A stretch of 64,000 nt of DNA from Chloroflexota bacterium (GTDB lineage Bacteria; Chloroflexota; Dehalococcoidia; Lucifugimonadales; UBA2985). The notes below the pieces were generated by a model, which saw nothing but the letters and a program-made list of their open reading frames with translations, did not search any database and had not been told where the DNA came from. Shown here in pieces: positions 55,658 to 64,000 of the stretch; within the stretch, counting starts at the first letter, position 1, and every line of letters starts with the position of its first letter. The stretch is taken from positions 82 through 64,081 of the forward strand of contig JAQBZZ010000005.1 of the NCBI GenBank assembly GCA_027622595.1, in the 5' to 3' direction. The translations under genes were made by a program, and so were the position numbers.

Positions 55658-56025
55658 GTGAACTGAGAATCGATATACCAAGCTCTGCACCTGAGATTGA
55701 GTCGAGTGAACTCTATTTCTCGTCTGAGGATGACATGGGCACAGGAACATGCACAATATTCCTGGCCGCTCGGGCATTGAAGTCCACCGAACCCATAGAC
55801 TTAGCGCGCGAGATGGTCAATAGAGGGGAATTTCTGTTGTCGGTCACTCTGAATCCCGACAGGACGTTCCTTGTTCTCATTGGCGCTATCCAGCCATCTA
55901 TGGAACGCACATTTGTAATACCGCCATATATCAACGACGCTGCTCCTCACACTATCCAGATAATTTTTGCCGATTGGAATATAGCGAGCGCGACGTTGGA
56001 TAAGCAACGTCTGGGCGCCCTATGA
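55654..56025 (+). CDS. hypothetical protein, 123 aa, acidic N-terminus
   Basis: Translationally coupled to the 37-codon ORF. AT-richer patch. No family recognised. Confidence 0.55.
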   Translation: MSELRIDIPSSAPEIESSELYFSSEDDMGTGTCTIFLAARALKSTEPIDLAREMVNRGEFLLSVTLNPDRTFLVLIGAIQPSMERTFVIPPYINDAAPHTIQIIFADWNIASATLDKQRLGAL

Positions 56026-56144
56026 ACCATCTTATCATCAAAGAGGGAGGTAATTGGAAAGGGCGGAAACAATGAATCTGGGCAATAGATCAGACGAGGC
56101 GGCCCTGGAGTATTCCTTTAAATACAATTAAATACAATCCACCG

Positions 56145-56303
56145 ATGAACCTGGACTCGGCAGAAAAGAACCTGAAAGAGGCGAAACATGTCCTGGGCCA
56201 TCTGAGAGTGGAGTTTCTCCTATATTCCTGTACGTGCCTTGGAGCGACAAGAGACAGGGCCTACATTTCCTGGGATGACGATATAGACCTGTTACCGGAA
56301 TGA
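56145..56303 (+). pseudogene. N-terminal 52-codon stub of a LicD-family nucleotidyl/phosphotransferase
   Basis: Reads ...EFLLYSCTCLGATRDRAYISWDDDIDLLPE-stop, against the remembered LicD motif GTLLGAVRH.GFIPWDDDID. The rest of the gene is absent. Confidence 0.5.
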
Positions 56304-56323
56304 GGCGCTGGTAGGGAACCGGG

Positions 56324-58519
56324 CTAGCTCCGCATCGAGAGGGAGATGCGGTTTCGTTCCATGTCCACGTTCAGCACTGTCACGATCACCTGCTGGCTCA
56401 CCCTCACCACCTCATGAGGGTCGTTCACGTAGTCGTCGGACAACTGGCTGATGTGCACCAGTCCGTCCTGGTGCACACCAACGTCAACGAAGGCCCCGAA
56501 CGCCGTCACGTTGGTCACAACCCCAGGCAGTTTCATGCCAGGCTCAAGGTCTGATACCTTCTCCACTCCATCGGCGAAGCTGAACGGTTCGATCTGGTCT
56601 CGCGGGTCGCGGCCCGGGCTGGCCAGCTCCGCCTTGATGTCCATTAGCGTCGGTAGCCCCACCGTGTCGGTGGCAAACTGCTCCACGTCGAGTTTGCCGT
56701 TCGCCCCTGCGTCCTCCATTAGCTCCGCGACCGTGCAGCCCAACGACGACGCCATTGCCTCTACCACGGCATACCTCTCCGGATGAACGGCAGTGGCATC
56801 AAGGGGATTGGTGCCTTCCCTCACCCGCAGGAATCCGGCCGCCTGCTCGAATGCCCTCGGCCCAAGCCGCGGCACTTTATGCAGTTCCTGCCGGGAGTGG
56901 AACGGCCCATTGGCGTCCCTGTAGTCGACGATGGCCCCGGCCAGTTGCGGCCCAAGCCCGGACACGTATGCCAGCAGCTGCCGGCTGGCGGTGTTCACCT
57001 CTACCCCCATAGCATTTACACAACTCTCTGCCACATCGTTGAGCCGTTTTACCAGCGCGGTTTGGTCAACGTCGTGCTGGTACTGACCTACGCCAATGGA
57101 CTTTGGCTCAATTTTCACTAGCTCCGCCAGGGGGTCCATCAGCCGCCGCCCGATGGAGACCGCTCCCCGCACCGTCACGTCCTGGTCAGGGAACTCCTCC
57201 CGCGCGACTGCCGATACCGAATACACCGATGCCCCGCTCTCATTCACCATCACTACAGGAACCTGTTTGCCAAGGTCAAGCCCCCGTATTACGGTCTCCG
57301 TCTCCCTGCCTGCCGTTCCATTGCCGATGGCTATGGCTTCAATCTTGTATTGCTTGGTCAGAGCGGTAATTCTCTGGGCCTCTTTTGACGTGCGCTCAGC
57401 GCCAAGGTGTAGAAAGACCGCTTCCGAGTGGAGTAGCTTTCCCTGCTGGTCAAGGCACACAACCTTGCAGCCGGTCCGAAAGCCGGGGTCGATGGCCAGC
57501 ACGGCCTTCTGTCCGAGCAGTGGTGCCAGCAGCAGATTGCGCAGGTTGCCTACAAACACCGTTATGGCCGTCTCATCGGCCCGTTCCTTGAGCAGCTTCC
57601 AGGTCTCGGTCTCCATTGAGGGCGCCAGCAGCCGTTTGTAGCCGTCGTCCACCGCCTCACGCACCTGTTCCGACGCCGGACTCCTGCCTTTCACGAACCC
57701 TCGGTAAAGCACGGCCAGCGCCTTGTCATCCGGCGGCGAGACATGAAGGGATAGGAACTCTTCCTTCTCTCCTCTCAGCATCGCCAATATGCGATGTGAC
57801 GGCGCAACGGCTACCCTCTCCTCCCAGTCAAAGTAGTCGCGAAACTTTGCCCCCTTCTCCTCCTTGCCCTTCACCACCCTGGAACGGACCATCCCGGCAG
57901 TCATGAACAGGTCACGCATCGCCATTCGCGCTCTGCCGTCCTCACTCACCCACTCCGCCATGATGTCCCGCGAACCTGCCAGCGCCGCGGCTTCATCCTC
58001 AACGCCATTGCCGTGGTTCACATAGGCCGCCGCTGCCTCTGTGGGGTTGATTGAAGCCCCCTGTGTCCATAGAGTCTGTGCCAGTGGCGTCAACCCCTTC
58101 TCTCGGGCGATGCTCGCTCGCGTCCGGCGCTTTGGTCGATAGGGAAGATAGGCGTCCTCCAGGGCCGTCAGGGTGTCTGCTGCCGATAGATGTGCCCGTA
58201 ACTCTTCAGACAACAGCTCTCTTTCTTGCAACGACGTCAGGATCGCCTCGCGCCTCTTCTCAAGCGCTCGCAGGCGCTCCATGCCATCGCGGATAGCAGC
58301 GATGGCGACTTCGTCAAGCGACCCCGTCGCCTCCTTACGGTAGCGGGCGACGAACGCTAGTGCCGCTCCCGTCTCAAGCAGAGATGCGGTTGCCAGCACC
58401 TTCCAGGCAGGCAGACCCAACTCTCCGGCGATCGCCGCGACGTGCACCGGGGACAGCGTTGTGGTCGTGGACGCTTGCGCTTCCTCCGTGGTCATACCTA
58501 GTGCGGTCATACCCGGCAT
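56324..58519 (-). CDS. tex: Tex-like transcription accessory protein
   Basis: 731 aa. FVARYRKEATGSLDE N-terminal motif, YqgF-like and HhH regions, C-terminal S1 domain (GVVTNVTAFGAFVDVG..DGLVHISQL). Confidence 0.9.
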   Translation of the reverse strand: MPGMTALGMTTEEAQASTTTTLSPVHVAAIAGELGLPAWKVLATASLLETGAALAFVARYRKEATGSLDEVAIAAIRDGMERLRALEKRREAILTSLQERELLSEELRAHLSAADTLTALEDAYLPYRPKRRTRASIAREKGLTPLAQTLWTQGASINPTEAAAAYVNHGNGVEDEAAALAGSRDIMAEWVSEDGRARMAMRDLFMTAGMVRSRVVKGKEEKGAKFRDYFDWEERVAVAPSHRILAMLRGEKEEFLSLHVSPPDDKALAVLYRGFVKGRSPASEQVREAVDDGYKRLLAPSMETETWKLLKERADETAITVFVGNLRNLLLAPLLGQKAVLAIDPGFRTGCKVVCLDQQGKLLHSEAVFLHLGAERTSKEAQRITALTKQYKIEAIAIGNGTAGRETETVIRGLDLGKQVPVVMVNESGASVYSVSAVAREEFPDQDVTVRGAVSIGRRLMDPLAELVKIEPKSIGVGQYQHDVDQTALVKRLNDVAESCVNAMGVEVNTASRQLLAYVSGLGPQLAGAIVDYRDANGPFHSRQELHKVPRLGPRAFEQAAGFLRVREGTNPLDATAVHPERYAVVEAMASSLGCTVAELMEDAGANGKLDVEQFATDTVGLPTLMDIKAELASPGRDPRDQIEPFSFADGVEKVSDLEPGMKLPGVVTNVTAFGAFVDVGVHQDGLVHISQLSDDYVNDPHEVVRVSQQVIVTVLNVDMERNRISLSMRS

Positions 58520-59675
58520 ACCATTGTGGTGTGAGTATCCATGATCAGCCCATCCTACGTGGCATCATTTGTATTTCTATCGGCTACCACAGGCGTATTT
58601 TGTTGTTCCGACCAACCTTCCAGGGTAGCCCACTGGTAAGCCGTCTGCCTTGGTAGACAGAGTAGGTACATGCAGGGAAATAGCCAGCTTCCATCTCTTC
58701 CCAGGAAAAATTGTGCGGCTTCATGGCTGTCGCTGAGACCAGACCTGTGCCTCTACGATTGTAACAGGCTTTTGTTGTGGCTGTGCACCGAGCAGGGAAA
58801 TGCCGAGGGCGCAACAGCCCACTGCTCTAGAAGGGAGTCTGACACTTCAGGTCTGTGAATAGCCTCAGAGAGTAACTCGAAAAGGATTTTCTTTACTTAC
58901 CCCGCACTCGACGGACCTTGAATCCTACCCAAGCGTCAATGAGAACAGCGGTCATGCCGGACTCTTGGGTATGGATCAGGAAACCGAGGTGGTCGAATAT
59001 GAGTAAGGCAACGATCAGGTAGAACAGAGGCACCCTGGGAACTCATGTTCCAATGCTGGCTTAGTTTGCACTGAAGTTGCCAGAGCCGTGATCGAAGATG
59101 ACAGTGGTAGGACATTGGTGATAGCCGTGACGGTGGATATAGCGCCTTCAGAATCCAAAGAATGAATCAGTCGGCAGGGCAATATTGGAGGAGAGTGTTT
59201 GATCTAGACCTATCTCCGCCAGGCATAATTACAGGTGCCTCGCACGGCTGGAGCAATCTTCTTTTAGCGAAATCCTCACATCAAGCGCGTCCTCATTGAC
59301 GAGACTGCACATGAGAACGACAGGATGCGTCTTCCGACCTGCGAATTCATGGTGCTACCGGCCGCGTGGGCGAAGGGTGTGTAGCACACTTCATACATGC
59401 GCAGAACCTCAATCAGGGTTGGTTCCCCTCTATTCCTCGTGGCTCGTCCAGAGTTTCTTCACCATCTCAATTAGCTTCCTCATTTGATCAACCGTCCTTT
59501 CTTTGCAGGTGTAGTACTGCCTCTTGCTATATGGCTTCATAGTAGGTGCCGTAGACTGCAACTGGAATGACCCATTTGAACCAGTCGGCATGGGAAGAAT
59601 TTCCCATCTGGGTTACAATCAACACACCTACCAATCTGATTGATGAGAATATGACTGCGAAGGGAGGACTCTGCC

Positions 59676-59984
59676 GTGAATCACTCCCATATGCATAGCT
59701 ACACCAGCATCAGGTCTGCTGTCCAAGAGGGCATAACAGACGAGGAAGCATATGATGCATTGGCTAAGTCCATTGCTACGCAGGAGCTGATTCTAGGTAG
59801 GTCTGTGGAATGGACGGGCAACATTGGAGAGGTATGGCAAGACGCCAATGGGGAGTGGGTCAAATACACGAGAGCCCTTGCTTTAATTGGCAATGGTGAT
59901 GATGGAACGCCGTGTGTTCAGAACAACACCATGATTTGTGAGGAGATCAGGGCCGAACTGGAATCTCCTCCTCCGCGGCGTTAG
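59676..59984 (+). CDS. hypothetical protein, 102 aa
   Basis: GTG start with AGGGAGGA SD 8 nt upstream. No family recognised. Confidence 0.5.
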   Translation: MNHSHMHSYTSIRSAVQEGITDEEAYDALAKSIATQELILGRSVEWTGNIGEVWQDANGEWVKYTRALALIGNGDDGTPCVQNNTMICEEIRAELESPPPRR

Positions 59985-60106
59985 TGAATTGCTATCGACC
60001 GAAGGTCAACGCCACAAGCTGAGTGGGTTTCCATCGTGGACTCGACACAGACGTGCTGCTCTCGGTGTAAACTGGCCTTACGAAAAATTCCTAGAGGAGG
60101 ATCGTA

Positions 60107-60658
60107 ATGCCTAGAGTGCCCCTTCTGAACAAAGAGGATCTGCCCCCGGATAAACAGGGGATACATGACCAGATAGCCGCCCATAGAGGGCATGTGGCCA
60201 GACCATTCGCCGCCCTTCTCAACAGCCCTGACACCGCATCCAGAGTGTCCATGCTTGGCGAACAGCTCGGCTATGTGTCGCCTACGATATCCGCTGAGGT
60301 TAGAGAGATCATCACGTTAACCACCGCGAGATTCCTGGAGTGTCAGTATATATGGACGCATCATTGCGAATCCGCCAAGCAAGCCGGTGTGAGAGAAGAA
60401 GTGGTCGAAGCGATTAGGGATGGAGGCTCGCCGCGGCGGCTGCCGCCCAAGGAGGGCGTATTCATCCAGTTCACGCGAGAACTCTTAGAGGACAAGCGAG
60501 TTCGAGATGCGACGTATAGTGCTGTCGAGCACCTGTTGGGGCAACGGGGAGCCGTCGACATGGTTGTGACAATCGGCTATTACGCGATGCTCTGCCTGGT
60601 AGTCAATGCCCTTGAGATAGACCTTGAAGAGGGGATAACTTCTCTTCTACCTGCATGA
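60107..60658 (+). CDS. carboxymuconolactone decarboxylase (CMD/AhpD-like) family protein
   Basis: 183 aa. Helical CMD pattern (REIITLTTARFLECQYIWTHH). GAGGAGGA SD. Confidence 0.85.
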   Translation: MPRVPLLNKEDLPPDKQGIHDQIAAHRGHVARPFAALLNSPDTASRVSMLGEQLGYVSPTISAEVREIITLTTARFLECQYIWTHHCESAKQAGVREEVVEAIRDGGSPRRLPPKEGVFIQFTRELLEDKRVRDATYSAVEHLLGQRGAVDMVVTIGYYAMLCLVVNALEIDLEEGITSLLPA

Positions 60659-60757
60659 AAACTTCCGCTCGCATGGTCACCGTTTAAGCCCTGATGGCTA
60701 GGGAGTTATGCTCAGCGGCACCTCAAAGCTAGTACCCTGCTATGATTTGCATAAGAT

Positions 60758-60878
60758 GTCATTCTGAGGAAGTCCGCCTACGGCGGATAACGAAGAATCT
60801 GGGGTGGGCCTTCGACGTGTCTCAGGGTAGCCCCGCTGCCCCAAACCCTTCGCCCGCCTGCGGCGGACTCAGGGTGAC
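60758..60878. repeat. diverged family-A palindromic element
   Basis: GTCATTCTGAGGAAGTCCGCCTACGGCGG..GAAGAATCT ... CGCCCGCCTGCGGCGGACTCAGGGTGAC. Confidence 0.65.
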
Positions 60879-60929
60879 ATGCTCAGTGGCGATTTTTAGG
60901 CAAAGCCGCACCCGGCTGGGATTTGCCGG

Positions 60930-61328
60930 TCAACTGTTCATCATCAGCGTGGCGGTACGCTCAAAGTAGTCCGTCATCACCGCGGCCACATCAGCAGAAA
61001 CATCCATGGATTGCAACGCGGAAATCATGTGGACAACCCAGGCGTCCCTCTCTGTCTGGCCGATGGGAAACGGCATATGGCGCTGGCGGAGCCGGGGGTG
61101 GCCCCTGTCAAGTGAGTATTGCGGGGGTCCCCCCCCGTACTGTGCAAGGAACGCGGCCAGATGTGCTTTGCCCGGCTTCAGGTCCTGGGGATAGAGTGGC
61201 CGCAGTACCGGGTCAACCTCTACCAAACGATAGAATTGCTCCACAAGCTCCACAAAGAACGCATTGCCGCCCACTCGTTCGTAAACTGTGGTAACTTCAA
61301 GATTCAACCCAGGGTCATCTTGGGTCAT
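60930..61328 (-). CDS. glbO: group II truncated haemoglobin
   Basis: 132 aa from ATG 61328 with a GAGGAG SD. YERVGGNAFF, RPLYP, GGPPQYS..RGHPRLRQRHMPFPI. Overlaps the MFS stop by 14 nt. Confidence 0.85.
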   Translation of the reverse strand: MTQDDPGLNLEVTTVYERVGGNAFFVELVEQFYRLVEVDPVLRPLYPQDLKPGKAHLAAFLAQYGGGPPQYSLDRGHPRLRQRHMPFPIGQTERDAWVVHMISALQSMDVSADVAAVMTDYFERTATLMMNS

Positions 61329-62643
61329 GGTGTGTCTCCTCTGAGCTACCGGCTGCTGCATCTTGGGTGCCCCCTCTCGCGGCAAGGGGTGAGACCACGG
61401 ACTCCCTGGCAAACACAAGGAATACGACACCCAGGAGTGCTGCAACCACTCCATTTGCAACGAGGGCAGATGTGGCGCCGTACAGGTCAGCCGCCAGACC
61501 CATGACTGGCGGTGCGGTAAGAATCGCTAGGTCTCCAATAGAACGCGCCGTTCCCTGTGCTATCCCCTGACGGGCTCGAGGACTGATGTCCGCTACGTAC
61601 GCGACCGGCGTTGGTCCCTCGATACCGTTTCCAAAACCGTATAGCGACATGCCGATTACATAAAAAATGATATTGGGGCTGACTCCCAATACCAGAAGTG
61701 CAACAGCTACGATCAGAAGGCCGGGTACGATTGTCTTCTTTCTCCCGTAGCGATCAGAGATTGAGCCTGCAAACGGCAGGAGTATGAAGCCGATCACCGG
61801 TGGAATCGTGAAAATGGCACCAATCTGACCGGGCGATAGATTGAGGTCGTGTGCAGCCTTGAGCGGTAGGAGGGTGAACTGGGCGCCACCACGGGTAAAG
61901 AATGTGATAAAGAACACCAGCGCAATGAGAATGAAGCTCTTTGAGAGCAGGAAGGAGTATTTCGACCGGGGCCGTGTCACATCGGTGGAAGCATTCGGCT
62001 GCCCTGTTTGAGCGGCCATATTGGACGCAGGTTGGGCATCTTCTCCCTGTGGTCGTGATTCAGGCACCTTGAAGAATGCCCATATTCCACTGAGTAGAGA
62101 TAGCACACCGACCACGAAGAAGGGCGCGCGTAGTCCCAACACCTCGGCGATTATGCCGCCCATCGCGGGCCCCAAAGATATGCCCAAGGCAAAGCTGCCC
62201 TGGTAGATGCTCATCAATCGTCCACGGTTTGCAGGCGTACTTATATCGCCAATGTAAATCACTGCTCCCGTGATAAATGCCGCAGAGCCAACACCGGAAA
62301 TGAATCTGAAGACCAAAAGGAGTTCCAGAGAGTCTGCGGTCCCGGCTAGAGCGTTTCCTGCGGCGGCCACAAGCGGCCCTCCAACCAGGGGCAACCTGCG
62401 TCCGAAACGCTCCGAAAGAATCGCCGCCGGCATGTTGGTCATGAGCCGCGCCAGGCCGAAGGCGCTAATGACCAACCCGATAGTTGCGGTGGAGACCCCA
62501 AGCGCATCGGCGTATAGGGGGAGGATGGGTGCCACCATGCCCTGGCCTGAGGTAAGTAATGCTGTGGAAACAGAGAGGAGAAGAATCGTTGGGTGGGCTT
62601 TTAAAACTGGAATGATATCTAAGCGCACTGAGTCCTCGTCCAA
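61315..62643 (-). CDS. MFS transporter (DHA1-like)
   Basis: 442 aa, 12 TM segments. Motif A-like GILSERFGRR. Confidence 0.85.
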   Translation of the reverse strand: MDEDSVRLDIIPVLKAHPTILLLSVSTALLTSGQGMVAPILPLYADALGVSTATIGLVISAFGLARLMTNMPAAILSERFGRRLPLVGGPLVAAAGNALAGTADSLELLLVFRFISGVGSAAFITGAVIYIGDISTPANRGRLMSIYQGSFALGISLGPAMGGIIAEVLGLRAPFFVVGVLSLLSGIWAFFKVPESRPQGEDAQPASNMAAQTGQPNASTDVTRPRSKYSFLLSKSFILIALVFFITFFTRGGAQFTLLPLKAAHDLNLSPGQIGAIFTIPPVIGFILLPFAGSISDRYGRKKTIVPGLLIVAVALLVLGVSPNIIFYVIGMSLYGFGNGIEGPTPVAYVADISPRARQGIAQGTARSIGDLAILTAPPVMGLAADLYGATSALVANGVVAALLGVVFLVFARESVVSPLAARGGTQDAAAGSSEETHHDPR

Positions 62644-62749
62644 AGGTAGATGGACACTACTATAGCACAGTAAATCGACTAGCCAACGCTCTGGGGGCTG
62701 GTACAGACCTACGGCTATAAAAGAGGGGACTGCGCAGGGTCGTCCAGTC

Positions 62750-63028
62750 CTACCAGTACCACCGGTTGGAATCCATGTCCTGATACACGGTAATCCTCAA
62801 CCCCTTGCTCATCAGGCACTCATAGTACATCAGTCTGGCAGGCTGCCCCGAGTCCCACCGGTTTTCTATGAGCCACCTGTCTACCACCGACCTCACTTCA
62901 ATGCGTTCGCCCCGGATATTCACGGACATCGGAACGTTGTACTGATTGGCATTGATGTCCATTGGACACATTGGAATCGTGGGTGATACCATGACATCGT
63001 CTGATACGGCTATGGAAATGGTAGTCAT
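62750..63028 (-). CDS. small Trp-motif protein, 92 aa (paralogue of the upstream gene)
   Basis: VNIRGERIEVRSVVDRWLIENRW ... YYECLMSKGLRITVYQDMDSNRWYW. SD GAGGGG. Confidence 0.6.
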   Translation of the reverse strand: MTTISIAVSDDVMVSPTIPMCPMDINANQYNVPMSVNIRGERIEVRSVVDRWLIENRWDSGQPARLMYYECLMSKGLRITVYQDMDSNRWYW

Positions 63029-63035
63029 ATGTTGT

Positions 63036-63242
63036 TCAGCCCCTCACACTGAGCATTCCGTCCACGCCGCATTCGTCGCGAACCAGCTTGACGGCCTGCC
63101 TCCACTCTACTTCGATGTGCCAGTGGTTCACGACCGCCTTAACGTCATCCCAACGTCCATGAAGCCTGATGGTTATCGGGTCATTGGTGGCAGTAGACCG
63201 TGCTAGCGGGTTCGCGGATTGGGGTGCTGTGCTCAAGACCAT
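63036..63242 (-). CDS. small Trp-motif protein, 68 aa
   Basis: IRLHGRWDDVKAVVNHWHIEVEW aligns with the downstream gene. Perfect SD AAGGAGGT. Confidence 0.6.
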   Translation of the reverse strand: MVLSTAPQSANPLARSTATNDPITIRLHGRWDDVKAVVNHWHIEVEWRQAVKLVRDECGVDGMLSVRG

Positions 63243-63268
63243 GATTGTTACCTCCTTAAATCACAACT

Positions 63269-63298
63269 AGAATAGAACAGGCGTACTAGTTTTGTCAA
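63269..63298 (-). promoter_or_regulatory. promoter TTGACA-18-TATTCT for the small-protein pair
   Basis: Perfect -35 and 4/6 -10, about 25 nt upstream of the SD. Confidence 0.4.
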
Positions 63299-63418
63299 GA
63301 GGCCCTGATAATCCTGGGAAGACGAAATAGTATATAGGAAGCAATTGAGCCTCGTGCATCTCTCTGATAGGATATTTGGGGGTGAAACATCGTTAATAGA
63401 CCGACGGAAGATTTCGAC

Positions 63419-64000
63419 GTGGATATACATGGACTCTCATTCCACTATGTTGACTATGGCGGCCGTGGGCGGGACTTGCTGCTGCTTCACGGTTTTGCCT
63501 CAAACGCCCGTTTCTGGGAACTGGCAGCTCCATACCTTGCGGAGAATTTCCGAGTGCTGGCTCTGGACCAAAGAGGCCACGGGGCCAGTGCCAAACCGGA
63601 CAGCGGGTATGACTTCCCGACGGTAGCTGCCGATGTCGCATCATTTGTAGACAGCCTGGGACTTAACAGGCCAATCCTTGTTGGTCATTCCTGGGGAGGC
63701 AACGTCGGGATGCAGGTCGCTGCGGACTATCCGGGCCTACTTGCAGGCCTCGTGTGCATCGACGGTGGCACCATTGAGCCTTCGGCTGCTGTGGGGGCAA
63801 CCTGGGAGGAAACGGAAAGGGCGCTGACTCCTCCGGACTTTGCGGCCATGCGCCTTGATTGGGAGGCGTCTCTTGAGCGGGCCAGGATAAGCGGAAGAGG
63901 CGCAATGTGGGGAGAACATTTGGAGGTGTTCTTCAGCGCCAATTTTGAGATTCAACCCGATGGCACAGTGTTACCAAGGTTACGGCGAGAAGCGCACATG
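63419..64000 (+). CDS. alpha/beta-fold hydrolase, 5' part (runs off window)
   Basis: GTG 63419. The frame is open to base 64000, so it is absent from the ORF track. Hand translation MDIHGLSFHYVDYGGRGRDLLLLHGFASN ... nucleophile elbow GHSWGG. Confidence 0.8.
   Translation, partial: MDIHGLSFHYVDYGGRGRDLLLLHGFASNARFWELAAPYLAENFRVLALDQRGHGASAKPDSGYDFPTVAADVASFVDSLGLNRPILVGHSWGGNVGMQVAADYPGLLAGLVCIDGGTIEPSAAVGATWEETERALTPPDFAAMRLDWEASLERARISGRGAMWGEHLEVFFSANFEIQPDGTVLPRLRREAHM

Overview
64-kb chromosomal window, roughly 55-60 % G+C by eye, densely coding on both strands. There are about 60 protein genes, mostly housekeeping. They include purA; a heat-shock locus (dnaJ/cbpA-like, hspR and clpC, divergent from hsp20); alaS-ruvX; aroE and aroC; and proB and proA, which are split by an AT-richer insert carrying a DUF262/DUF1524 (GmrSD-like) nuclease gene and a 22-codon methyltransferase stub. 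Also present are htrA; a translationally coupled hotdog-hotdog-plsX-fabG cluster followed by fabL; a GcvT/YgfZ-like gene next to iscA; one tRNA-Ile(GAU); arsR-SRPBCC; an M20 amidohydrolase; and five MFS transporters. Small redox genes are scattered through the window (glutaredoxin-like, thioredoxin-like, ABM, msrB, CMD, group II truncated haemoglobin). The rest comprises a DUF35-thiolase operon, rpoD, a CxxC zinc-ribbon + RRM RNA-binding operon, a hybrid histidine kinase and tex. I saw no rRNA, CRISPR array, intact transposase or prophage. The non-coding architecture is unusual. There are two families of palindromic REP/MITE-like repeats, and one copy lies in frame inside alaS. A 3 x 24-bp tandem palindrome array abuts the proB promoter, there are many perfect long hairpins, and there are at least six gene stubs (methyltransferase, M20, metallophosphoesterase, lipoprotein, DUF35 fused to a serine-recombinase-like tail, LicD). 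The best candidates for undescribed biology are: (1) the repeat-derived and AT-rich in-frame insertions in alaS; (2) the nuclease islet inside proBA; (3) a promoter-to-stop two-gene cassette (37-aa TM peptide coupled to an orphan 123-aa protein) at 55.4-56.0 kb; (4) two tandem paralogous small Trp-motif proteins at 62.7-63.3 kb; (5) a 22-codon Cys-rich micro-gene with its own promoter, SD and twin terminators downstream of rpoD. Gene content and repeats suggest a Chloroflexota-like lineage, but that is inference only. All calls are from reading the sequence and ORF track and from remembered family motifs; no searches were run.
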